Below, piece by piece: positions 27,001-39,900 of a stretch of DNA of 64,000 nucleotides. The first letter of the stretch is position 1, and every line of letters starts with the position of its first letter. Below the pieces are notes generated by a model that made no database searches, was not told the DNA's origin, and was given only the letters and a program-made list of their open reading frames with translations. The position numbers and the translations under genes were made by a program. This DNA is from Malacoraja senta (taxonomy: Eukaryota), in assembly GCA_038087875.1 (NCBI GenBank), contig CM075990.1:14386001-14450000 (forward strand), read 5' to 3'.

Positions 27001-30000
27001 TCCCAAGTGGCTTCTTATTATCGTTGGAAATTGTTATGCCTGACTGTTTTAAGTTTCCCCTTTCGTAAGATTGCATTCACTCCACATGAGTAATGTATTA
27101 AGCCATAAATCATTACCACTTGTGTTTAGGATTTTTTTTTAAATTGCAATGTATCATTCAGAATAAAGTGTATCTGGAAAAAATATGGTGAATGAATTGT
27201 ACCCTGAGGAACACAGCACATTGTTTTGCTTTGACTTTCCTTTCTGCCACTTTCTTCCCCTTTTTTTTCAATGGCGGTTCCTTACCTTTGAATAATCTGT
27301 CTGGTTTATTAACTGTCGAGCTTTGCTGCAATAGAGGCTTGGATGTTATACCTTGCAGACGGTTGTTGATGCCAGCAGTGATAAGACATATTTGACAGAT
27401 CACTTGCAACATACATGGCCTTGTAGCGTAGTCTCATTTATTTTTGAGCTGGTATTTGAAGATATTAGAAGATCACACAAAAATGATTGGATGGAAGCAC
27501 GGGGGCTTGTTTTTCAGTATATTTTGAGCTACAATTTTGTGTGATTCAGTTCATTTCCTGATCTGTTCAATCAAAGTCCCTGCAAAGTGTTCAAAACGAA
27601 TTTATATATTTAAAGTACTTGATAGTGCAGCAAGATATCCCAAGGTGCTTTATCGGAGGGTGAACAAAATTTGGCTTAATTACATTAATGCGGCACGGTG
27701 GCACAGCGGTAGAGTTGCTGCCTTACAGCTCTTGCAGCGCCAGAGACCCGGGTTCGATCCCGAGTACGGGTGCTGTCTGTACGGAGTTTGTACGCTCTCT
27801 CCGTGACCGTGTGGGTTTTCTCCGAGATCTTCGGTTTCCTCCCACACTCCAAAGACGTACAGGTTTGTAGTTTAATTGGCTTGGTATAAGTGTGAATAGT
27901 CCCTAGTGTGTGTAGGATAGTGCTAATGCACGGGGATTACTGGTCGGTGTGGACCGAAGGGCCTGTTTCCACGCTATATCTCTAAAACTAAAACTAAATA
28001 AAGTGAAATTAATGATAAGGATGGTTTTATTAAAATAAAGTTGCAAAATTTCATATGTGCATAACTCCTGATATTTAATAACTATTAAGGACTATTATGA
28101 AATTCACAGATATTTCATGATGATTAATTTTGTTTTAACTGGAGTTGCCATAGCACAGATTTTATTTCTGGGTTTGTTTTTTGTTCATCTAAGTAGTGGC
28201 TTCAATCCACCACCATATCCACGGAGAACTTGACGTGCTGGAGTAACTCAGTGGGTCAAGCAACATTCAGACTGAAGAAGGATCCTGACCTGAAACGTCA
28301 CCTATTCATGTTCTCCAGAAACGCTAACCTGCTGAGTTACTTCAGCACTTTTGTGTTCTATGCAAGATTCCAGCACCTGCAGTTCCTTGTGTCACCATAT
28401 CCAGGGAGGTGGTGGCAGGGCTATCCCACCCAGACAACAATCAAAAATTAGACAATGCTACAGCTCACGAATCAGGTTCCTTATTGAGGATGGTTTGAGA
28501 AACCAAGATCTGTTCCTGGAAACTGATAGGTGAAAAAGTGAGTTTGGAAATGAAAGTACAATGGGAAATGAAAAAATACGCTAAAGGAAAATGGAGTTTG
28601 AGAGCAAAATAATAGCAGTGAGAGAAAGCGAAAAGGAAATGAGTGAAAAGGAGAGAAGTATCGGAAGAAAAAGATGAAATCAAATTAGAGAGGAAAAAAT
28701 CTAAATGAGCAAGCTAATAGAGGGTTTTGGGGAAGGAAATGAACTTTTCTTAACCTTTCATTGTATAAATGTTATTAGCTAAATATTGTGGACATCAAAG
28801 TATAATGGCTTCATAAGTGAAGCCATAACTAGTCACACAACATGGAAACAGGCCCTTCAACCCAACCTGTCCGTGCCGACCAAGATGCCTCATCTCAGCT
28901 CGTTCCATTTCTCCACATTTGGTCCATAACCCACTAAACCTTTCCTGTGCATGTGAACAACTCTTTGTCATGTTGTTTTCTGGAACAACCTTTGAATAAT
29001 TGATGGCAACCTTTGCACTATGGGTGGTGGGGGCTAGTTGTGGGTTGGATAAGCTAATCCTCAATGTTGTGCATTTTACTGTTGAAGGTCTCTGACACTA
29101 ATACTTCAACTATAATTACTGATATATATCTTTTGAAAAAATAGCTTCCAAACACAAGCCAAGGACAAAATGTACCATTTTATTGCTTTGCATGAGATTG
29201 ATATAGATGATAGTATTAAAATATATTGATGGCAAAGGATGCTTGTGCAGAGCATAAACGTCAGCAAAGATCCTTCAACCTTAAGGGCTGATATGCTTAA
29301 TTGAAATTCAGTTGAGTACCTGTTCTAAGCTATGTGCATAAATCATATATACAGAAGTTGTTATTTTACAGCTACCCTCATTTTGAGCAGTCATGTCTTA
29401 GTTTTTGTAGAGATGTCAACATATTGAATATTTTTTCTTTTCTCTAGAGGTGGTGCGTTATTGCTCTCTCTCAGTTCCCCTGGGTACCACATTATGGTGC
29501 CATTCATTACATCTTTCAGATCTGTTCAGGTTAGCACTTTTTTTTACACTTCCAGGTAGATGAAGAATAGATGAAGGATTCATGTTTTGAAATAAGTATA
29601 ATTGAAATAATTGTATTGAATGTGTTACTTACTGCAATGCTTTTTAATTTTCTGTTAAATGATCCTGCGTGGTTAACATCAATTAGTTTAGAAGACTTAG
29701 TTTAAGAATAAGGGGTAGGCCATTTAGAATTGAGATGAGGAAAAACTTTTTCACCCAGAGAGTAGTGAATCTGGAATTCTCTGCCACAGAAGGCAGTGGA
29801 GGCCAATTCACTGGATGTTTTGAAGAGAGATTTAGATTTTGCTCTTCGGGCTAGAGGATTCAAGGGATATGGGAAAAAGCAGGAACGGGGTACTGATTTT
29901 AGATGATTAGCCATGATCATGTTGAATGGCGGTGCTGGCTCGAAGGGCTAAATAACCTCCTCCTGTACCTAATTTTCTATGTTTCTAAAAAAAACTGGGA

Positions 30001-33000
30001 AACTCTTCCACATCTTGAACATTTCATGAGTGACCTAACATCCCATCCCCCTGTTCTGAGCTCCAATGTAACCTATTTACACAGTATTAATTCAGGACCA
30101 GGATTCTTGAATGCCTCAATATACAAGTCAGTTGAAAAGGACAGACCAGTATGAATGTTGTGATGCACCACTGACTGATGACATGGCAAGCACCAGTAAA
30201 GAAGCTATCACACTAAATGATGTACAAGGGCAGAGATTGAATATACCAGAGAGGTATTGAAACTAATTGTTTCTCAATGCTCCATGTTTTTGTTGCCAAG
30301 GATGCAAGAATAAATGTTTATACTTCAAGAATGCTCCATGGTATAGCTTACAGCACTTAACTGTAATCGGTAGCAAGTGGTCACTGAGGGAAATAAAAAA
30401 AAAGTGTCAAGATTATGTTGAAAGGATAGTTGACAAGGTCTTTAGATGGTGGGGAACCAGTGAAGAAAGGAATTGCAAAAGAAAGCCTTAAAGCTAATTG
30501 CCGATGGTCAAGATGAGGATGAGAATTGTGCTGCCATTGCTCAGCTGTGACACCGACTTTTTGTTTAGTGTTAGCTCTTGAGCCAAGAGGCTGTCATTCA
30601 CAGGTCTGGTGAATGTGCTCAGCAAGTGGGATAAGTATTCATATGTAAGCCTGTTTGTGCTCTTGGCCACAATATCCGAACACACAGTCACATGAAGAAA
30701 TCTTGAATATGACTAATTTAAAAATACTTCAGTGATATGCATTTTTAAGAATGGTGGAATTTAATTTGAATGAAATTTGAATCTGACTTTTGAGATTGTA
30801 TTTTGTTATTTAATTCTGTTCACACAAGTTATTTAGTGCAGTTGTTTAAATTAAAATCTGCCTTCAGAGATGAGTGAAAGCTGCTATTTTATCCAGGAAG
30901 GTTACATTTTAGTTATAGGGATGGGAAGGGGGGGAAAGTAGGATATTTTATCTAATTTAAACCTGAGTGCATTTAATCCATGCTCTTTGGACAAATGAAA
31001 AACAATCTCTTGATTCTATTGAAACTATTGCTTATTAAAAACAAATACATCAAAAACAAAGGGCAGGTATTGGTGATTGAATACATAGAAGGATGTATAG
31101 TACAAATACAACGTTTTGCCCTCATTGCTGTATATTGTCTTGCCTTTACCATGCTTAAGTTTTATTTCATTTCAAACACACTTTAACTTCTCTGTTACAG
31201 ACAACTTTACAAACAGATGAAGTGAAAAATGTTCCCTGCGGAACAAGGTATGTGAACATTTGTTTTATGTTGTTTAATCCCTTTTATGACAATATCGCTC
31301 CTTTTTAGAAAGTTATGGGAAAGAAACAACTTAAATGTAGTTATATTGTTTCAGCAAACTTTTTAACTAGTTATGTTACTTGATAATCTTGTTAATATTT
31401 CCCATTTGCGTTTGACTGAAGTTGTAAGAATTTTCTTGTTATATTAAAATATAACGTGCACATACCAACCAAGGCATCCAATTATATATTTTAAAAGTAT
31501 GCATCGCTGAGCTTCTCATTGGGCTGTGCCGCTTTGCCTTTTGCGTGAGAACTGGATACATTTGTGAATTACTTAATAGTAAAAACAAAATACTGGAAAC
31601 ACTCTGAGGGATAGATAGAATCTGTGGAAGGATAAACAGTTTTTCATGTTTGAGACACTTTGTCAGAACTGGAGAAGCAAAGTTATCGAGGCGTGGGTGG
31701 GAGAGATGGTTGGGACCTACTGAAGAGAGAGTGGGGATGGCAATCCTAGTTTTACCCTATCACAGATATTCCTTTTGGTCTAGCTATCTCACTCCCACCT
31801 CTGCAATTTAAAATTAACTAATTTTCTCTTCTTCCCAGTTCTGATGAAAGAGTTTTGACTTGGTTATTCTGTTTCTCTTTTCACATATACTGCCTAACTT
31901 GTGGAGTGTTTTTTTAAAACAGTTTATATGGTTATTTTCTAGTATAACCATCCATGTACAATAAACCTTGTCTGTAGACGATTTAGCAACTGGGTAAAAC
32001 TGGATTAGATGGTAGGAAATGCCCCGTTGTTCTGTATTTTGTTGCATCTTTCATAAATGTGTTCTTGTTTTTAGTCAACTAGTACATAATGGAAGTACTT
32101 TTAATAGCTGAGTTATTTTTATGTCTGTTATATATTGTATTACTAAACATTTTTCTTTTACTTTCTACAGTGGTGGGGTCATGATCTATTTCGACAGAAT
32201 AGAAGTGGTGAACAGCCTTGCTCCAAGTGCAGGTCAGCATTTGGTGAGCCTTATGGTTTTTGACATTTCAGTCACAATGGTTAATTCACAATTTGGGTTA
32301 CTTTTACTGAACTGGGTACAACTTGCAATCCAGAAAAATCCTGATATTTCAATCATGAATATTTATATGAAATTGAAGTTTGATTTTAATATTGAGAATT
32401 CTGCATAACGTGTCTATTTAATCATTTATTTTGTGATGGTAGTATGTAATGGTAGTTTTAGATTTTTGATGCTTTCCTCGTTTTGCAGAAGAATTGTGAG
32501 GTTTTGAAATGAATGTTTTTCTAAGGTGGAGTTAAACACACGGATACACATCCTGAATCTGATTTCTGAGATGTTCATACGAAAAATATGAAAGTGCTTC
32601 ATGTTGCATTGCTAATGCTCTTTTAAAATAATTATGAAAGACAAAATATGAAAAGAGGTGCAGCTATAGATTGAAGTGATGAATACAATATATTTGTCCT
32701 CATCTCAAAAGGTTTCTTGAGAGAAAGTGAACATTTTAATTATTCCCTGACTTGAAATGGTAGCAAACTGCATGTTTTGGAAGTTACTAACTTCTTATCT
32801 GACTTCGTTCTTACTTGAAGTTTTTGAAGCACTGACAATATAGGACGTACAGTGCTTGTAATTTTAACCATACAAAATATTAAATGCATGGCATACAATG
32901 ATTGCCATGACAGCCCGTTAAGTGAAGGATTGTCCCCATCAAAATTCTTGCCTCTATTTAATTTGAGTGCAGCAGCATGTATTTCACTGGTTTCTTATTT

Positions 33001-33950
33001 CAACCAGCAAATTTCTTCTCACTGGTACTCCATTAGTGATGTGATATTTATACAGCTGTTTTTTTTGTTCCTTCCCAAGATCCTTGCTTTTAATAAGACT
33101 ACTAACATTTGTGACTTTGAACTGTATTTTGGATTTAAGCGAAGGTTGCCATGAAATGTCACTTTGCTAAAGAAATGGTACATAGTTAAACTACTGTATT
33201 GTATTAATTGCTGATCTGCAGATTTTTGTCCAAGTGCTTTGCCAAGAGGAAATCAGCAAGATGATATCACTTGTGTCTCCCTGTATTTAGCCTCCGAGCT
33301 TCAAGTTTCTTTTCTGGTGTGTATTTTTTACCATATGTGCACAGACCTCATGCCACACCTACAAAGTTCAACCGTTTAATGATTTTGGTGGTTTTGTTGC
33401 ATTTCTATAACTTGTTCAAGCACGTAAGTCTCTGTTAGCTTGTTACCAGTTGATCGAGGCACTTAATTCACATCCATTGGAAACATTTTAGGTTAAGCCA
33501 TTTAAATTCCATCCAGTTTGAAGTCAAGCAATTGATCAATTAGCAGAGCTGACAAGTAGTACGGATTTTCTGTATTTTGTACGGAAATGCGATCAGAATA
33601 CGGATGTACGGATTTGCTTTGTAAAATACTAAAATCAGCCCAACTTCCTGTTTCATCTTGCTGCTTAAGAAATGCATGGATATAAAAAGTCATACTGTAC
33701 CTCTAAAAATTATAGCAGATTAAATCTATTAGTATTTTAAATTTCAAGATCTGGATAATTATTTTTGTAAGCTTTGATCTGCCTGTCCCGCTCCAGGCTT
33801 AAACATCCAGAGATTCTGTCTGACCTGTTGAGTAAACTCCAGCTTTTTGTGCCTATCTTCAGTTTAAACCAGCATCTGCAGTTAGTTCCTACACACACGA
33901 TACTATCGAACTTTATTAATCCCAGGAGGGAAATTGTGTGTGTGGGTATA

Positions 33951-33982
<32 letters not shown>

Positions 33983-36900
33983 GCGCACGCGCACACGCAC
34001 ACGCACACACGTTTTCTCATTTATAACATTGTTTACAGAGTACTATGTTTACATATTCTGTTGTGCTGCTGCAAGTAAGGATTTCAGTGTTCTAACTGGG
34101 ATGTGAGAATAAAACACTCTTGACTTACGTCGCTAATGTGTGCGATAGAACTAGTGTACGGGTGATCGGTGGTCGGCGTGGACTCGGTGGGACGAAGGGC
34201 CTATTTCCACGCTGTATCTTTAAATTAAACTAAAAACACTAAAACCAGAGGGTGTCTAAAGAAGGGCCGCTACCCAAAACGTCACCCAATTTCTTCTATC
34301 CAGAGATGCTGGCTGCTCCATGGAGTTCCCCCGCACAATTAAAGCATGGAATAGTCTTCAACCTACCATAGTTACCCAACCAGACGCAACTAAATTTAAG
34401 GTAGCTCTTTTTTCCCCAAGAACCCTTTCTTGCTTAAGTCCAAGTCAAGAGTCAAGAGTATTTTATTGTCATGTGTCCCAGATAGGACAATTAAATTCTT
34501 GCTTGCTGCAGCACAACAGAATATGGAAACATAATACAGAACAGGAGATAAAAGTTAAGTGTGTCTATATACCATAGACCATATATACAATAAATAAACA
34601 GATAAAGTGCACTAGGCTGTTATTGTTCAGAGTTTGGAGTTTGGTGGTGGACCCTTCACCACCTCCAGTTTAAATTCCATTTCGAATATTTTTGGAGTAA
34701 TGGAGCAGGGAGTTACTGCAGCTCCAGGGAGTGATTCTGCGTTGGTTATTCAGCGGTTGCGGCGAGGCGGCCAGATCTCCCACAATGCAAATGGTGGGAG
34801 AAAGTGCCCGGCGCCGACCAGTTGCCGTGTCAGTGCGCATGTGCAGGGCGGCCAATGTTGTGCTGGCCGTGGCAGTGCGCATGTGCAGGGGGAGGATGTG
34901 CAGGCCGTGGCAGTGCGCATGTGCAGGGGGAGGATGTGCAGGCCATGGCAGTGCGCATGTGCAAGGGGAGGATGTGCAGGCCGTGGCAGTGCGCATGTGC
35001 AGGGGGAGGATGTGCAAGGCGGCCGGCAGTGCCGGCGGATGAGGAGCGGCTGGAGAGCAGAGACCCGAGACCCGGCCAAAAATCATAGAGCGGAGCCCGG
35101 AGGCCCAGACGCAGGCGGGCGGAGTTGGAGAGCGACAGAGAGAGATAGAGAGGGCGGCCTGCTCAGAGTTGAAAGGCAGGTGTCCCGGGTGCTTGCCAAG
35201 CTGGGCAAAATTGCACAGCTTTTAGGTTGCCTGGCGGGACTTTAGGTGGCCATTGGCACCCGGGCAACCATTACTTTCGAGCCCTGCTATATGTAGCTAG
35301 TAATATTTTGCACTGCATAAAACATAGGATGATATTATCAGGTGGGCCATTTGACCCTGTATGCCTGACCTGCCAATCAGGGAGATAAAGGCAGATCTAA
35401 CTCTATATTCCTGCCTTTTCCCCACATCTTTTAATGTTGGTCAAGAATCTATCAATCTCGGACATAAAGTTAACATTTAACTGTGCAACAATTACTGTTT
35501 GTAAAAATAAAACTTCAACTTAATCCACCCTTAGTCCTGGGCACTCTAACCAGCAGAAATAGTTTATCTTTGGCGACAATACAACCAAGCTGCTATTAAA
35601 ATGTTCCTTCACCTTCTACATTACAGACTTCAGCCCTTTTTTTCGTTGCCTTGTAATTTAACCTTCGAGACTGTTGAATTATGTTATATTTACACTGCAC
35701 CTACTCTAAAGCTGGTATTTACATACCTTGGGTATGCAAGCAAAGAATTTCACATGTGGCAATAAAGTATTCCATTCCATATTTTCTTTCTAAGGTGTGT
35801 TGCTCAGAATGACTCATGGAATTCCAAGATAAGCAGGACCTTGCCTTTTGACACCCTGTAATCTGATCATGTGATAATAACAGCATTGCAAGGGCCTTTT
35901 TGATCATTTTCTGTATGTTCATGCTATTTTGATTATTTATGCGAGTCCCAACTTCTTTTGGGACCTGCTGTTCTTTTTATTTTTTTTGCCAATCTGTAAA
36001 GTGTTCCCCGTTACTTATTTTAGCATGTCTTATTTTCATTGACATATTTTTATATAAGGCTTTCAGTCCCACCTTCCAAGTTATTAATTTAGACAACAGT
36101 AGCAGCAATTTAATATGGCTAGTACACCATTAATCACAGTTTGTGTATTTGTCATCTTTACTCCCCGACACTTTCTGGTCAGACAGTTCCTAACCGGGAC
36201 AACAATTTTATGAGTTTAAACTTCAATCAGTGGTTTCTCTATAGGATTCGTTTGCCTAGAAAATTAATTTTTCTTTTATCCACACAAAGTGGACTACTTT
36301 GGTCATCTCCTCAGTAGTTCAGGCAGAATCATTGTTAAATCCAACATTCCATATTTTCGTGCAGCTTCGCCTCAAAGTAATTGGGATTTGCTGCAATTTT
36401 TAACAAATGGTATCTGTGGCATCGTAATTTAGTTTTTTAGTGAAGTATTACTGAACAAAAGAATAGGTACGATTAAAATCTGAAAGGTAAGGAATAACCT
36501 ATTAACGATCTTTTCTTTAAGTTATCATGGTAAATGGCAGGGATTCACATAGATTAGTACCTGATCCCAAATTATGTTAATGACAGAGATGTACATCACG
36601 GAAACGGGCCTTTTGGCCCAACTGGTTCCCGCAATCCCCTTCATGCCCCACAAAAGATGAAATACTTACTAGTTGGCTCCTGCCACTTTCTAGGTCCTTA
36701 AAAGCTCCTTCCAAGTGGAGCAGCAATTCACTTGTCCCCTTTACACCCAGTGCCCCTTTTTATGGTGTCCCTGATATAGTGTTGTCTACATTGCTTGAAC
36801 TAAAGAAGTCTGAAGAAGGGTCTCAACCCGAAACATGATCTACCCATTTTCTCCAGGAATGCTGCCTAACCTGCTGAGTTACACCGGCCATGTACTTGTC

Positions 36901-39900
36901 CAAATGCCCTTGAAATGGGTCCAAATGAGTTTAATAGAATTCAATAATCCAGAACGTCTGTCAATCTTGCATGTCCAAAGTCCCAAGTGTTCCAGATTAT
37001 TGGGAGTTTTACTGTATTTAGAAACATTCAGAAATACCATAAAACACATGAAAATGAAGAACGTTAACACTAATAATCTGGATGCAAAATCAGGACATGC
37101 TGGCCACATGTAAAATTGTCTATTATTTTTCCTCAGTGTATGATATCGCAAAGAACTACACAGCGGATTATGACAGGGCTTTGATTTTCAACAAAGTTCA
37201 TCATGAACTGAACCAGTTTTGCAGTGTGCACACCCTGCAGGAAGTTTACATCGAATACTTTGGTGAGGTTTGCCTAAGCTTCTTATGTTGTTGGTGAAGA
37301 CATACATGCTCGCTTGGTTTAAAAAGAAATGTTGACAAACCAAAAAATTTCAGTCAACTGAAATAATATAAACTGCTAATGAAAACAAATTGTCAGTTTC
37401 TCTTGTTAGGCAAAGAATCAGTTTGATGGGTTATTTAAAAGAAAAGATTGGAATATCGAATTATGTGACGTCCTAAATTTTAGATTTAAATATACCACAT
37501 TTATTTGAGATGTTGGCAAACAAAGTTTGTATGTGGAATGTTTATTATAGTGCAGTTTGACATATTCTGATACTGCCAGTCATAAATTTGGGTTTGTTGT
37601 GCTTTAGATCAAATTGATGAAAACCTGAAGTTGGCTTTACAAAAAGACTTGATTGTTATGGCACCTGGTATTAGAATACAGGTAAATGATAAACCTTTGA
37701 TATTCCATTTTCTGGTGTATTGTTGTGCATTTTGTATATACTGGTAAACTGTGTAGCATCCATTCATTTTTATTAAGCAAAGCAAATTTCTTAATTAGAC
37801 TTTTCTATTCCTGTACTACAAATAAAATCCAGTTGAACTTGATGGTACTTTTTCCCACAGTTTATAGCTGAATATTGGAGTGAAGAGTGGGGGGTGGGAG
37901 GGGGGGGGGGGTGCAATAAAGCAGGTAAAATATATTGAGTCGTGCAATATTAAATGACTAGTGTTTTATGTAAGACAACCTTTGCAGGGTTTTACACTTT
38001 GAGCAAAGCAAAGTCTTGGGGAATTGGGGAGATTCTATTTGAACTATACGCAAATCTCTTAAATTTAACTTCCTTGTCATTGTGTCAACAGGCAGTTCGA
38101 GTTACTAAACCTAAAATACCGGAGGCAATTAGAAGGAACTTTGAACTCATGTAAGTTTTTTGCTTTGCAAATTAGGTATATTACCACCTGTAGTTGTCAA
38201 TATTCATTGGCATCTGTGTCTCAAATTTTATTCAGCAGAATTTGACTATTTTAGATTAGAAGTCCCAACGCCTTGACATTTATTAATGGCATTTATTAAT
38301 GTGCTCCCCTGCAACAGATTGAAGTGTTTTGACGATCTTGTCGTCTATAGAGCTCAATTTTAAAACGTTCCATCCAATTATTGTTACAGAATCTTTTTCA
38401 CTTCAATCTTCACACTTTTTGGCAATAGCTTGCACCACATTTTAATTAAATAGCTCCAGAGAAACTGCAACTGCTGCTAATTTGGATTAAGTAAAATTTA
38501 CTGACTGCACCTATTACATGTAGACTACAGATAAAATAATCTTTCACCAACAATGTAATTAGTGTATTTAATCTGGTTGTTTATCACTTCTAAGAATTTC
38601 TGTGAGAGAAATTTTGCAGGTTTTGAAAATGTGCAGATTAAATATAAAACAAATCATTTCATTCCACTTAATCTCTTAACAGAGAGTAAAAATGTGTGTG
38701 CTGATACACATACCCCACTGGGTTGTCTGTTATTACTGATTGTCCGCTATAACCAAATAAGGGGGTAAATGTACAATACCATTGGAGAAAGCAGCCAATA
38801 AATATACTCTACACAATAAACAGTAAAGGACAACAAATACACAATACTTTGGAATGGCATAGTGGGGCTGCAGTAGAGTTGCTACCTTCCAGCACCAGAG
38901 AGACCCAAGTTCGATCCTAACCTCGGGTGCTCTCTGTGGCAGTGTGTGTTTCATCCGGGTGCTCCGGTTTCCTCCAGCAATGCAGAGACATGCGTGATTA
39001 TGGTTTGGTTGGCTCCTGTGGGTTGTATGTGTCGCTGGTGGAGCCGCTGCTTCGTGATGCCGGGAGCCTGAGTTCGATCCTGGCCTCGGGTGCTCCTGTG
39101 GCCTGGTTTTCCTCCAGCTGTTCCGGTGCACCGGTTCTATCCTACACACAGTGGTGTGTGGGGTGGAGCTGGTGTGTCGGGGTTCCCTGGCGGGAGCGCG
39201 GTCGCAATGTCTCTGGAGCTGTGGGGTGGCGGTTCACACATTTTGTAGAAGCCATTTGTACTACAGGCCTGCACATCTTTGCGGGGGGGAGAGTGTGGGC
39301 GGTGCGGCCATGGCGCCCAGGGGAAACCTACACTGTTGCAATGTGGGAGGGAAGATAGAACCACTGGGGTAGTTCTATCCTACACACTGTCAATTGTCAC
39401 TGGATAGAACTACCGACCTGCGATCACCCATACACTAGTTCTATCATTTACACACTAGAGCCGATTCATTGTGTGGGTTAGAACTAGTGTATGGGTGATC
39501 GTTGGTTGGCACGGATTTGGTTTTTCCACGAGTGTATCTCTAAACTAAACTAAGCTAAAATGTGTCAAAAACACCATTCACTCCATCTACCTAATGGTCA
39601 TTCCATGAAACAACGTTATAAAGAGGTCTGTTAAAACGAGGGGTCATTGTATGTCATTTTGGACCTGTTGTCTGTCTAGAGTACAGATATTGTCCACATT
39701 TAAATTGTTGCCACATGCAAAGTAATTATTACAACAAACATTTGTCGTTTACTGTTGATGTCTTTTTTTCTCTCTACCCCTCCCCCCCCCCCTTACACTT
39801 TGTTTTTATTTTAGGGAGGGAGAGAAGACAAAGTTGCTCATTTCTGCACAGAGGCAAAAGGTTGTAGAGCAAGAGGCTGAGACAGAAAGAAAACGAGCTA

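Noticed and set aside
27690..27780. tRNA-like A/B boxes here and at the other SINE heads
   Set aside because: They continue into SINE core and LINE-like tail, with no intact cloverleaf; not tRNA genes
34634..35245. 203-aa ORF
   Set aside because: Driven by the 38-bp minisatellite and GC-rich transposon remnant; no domain recognised
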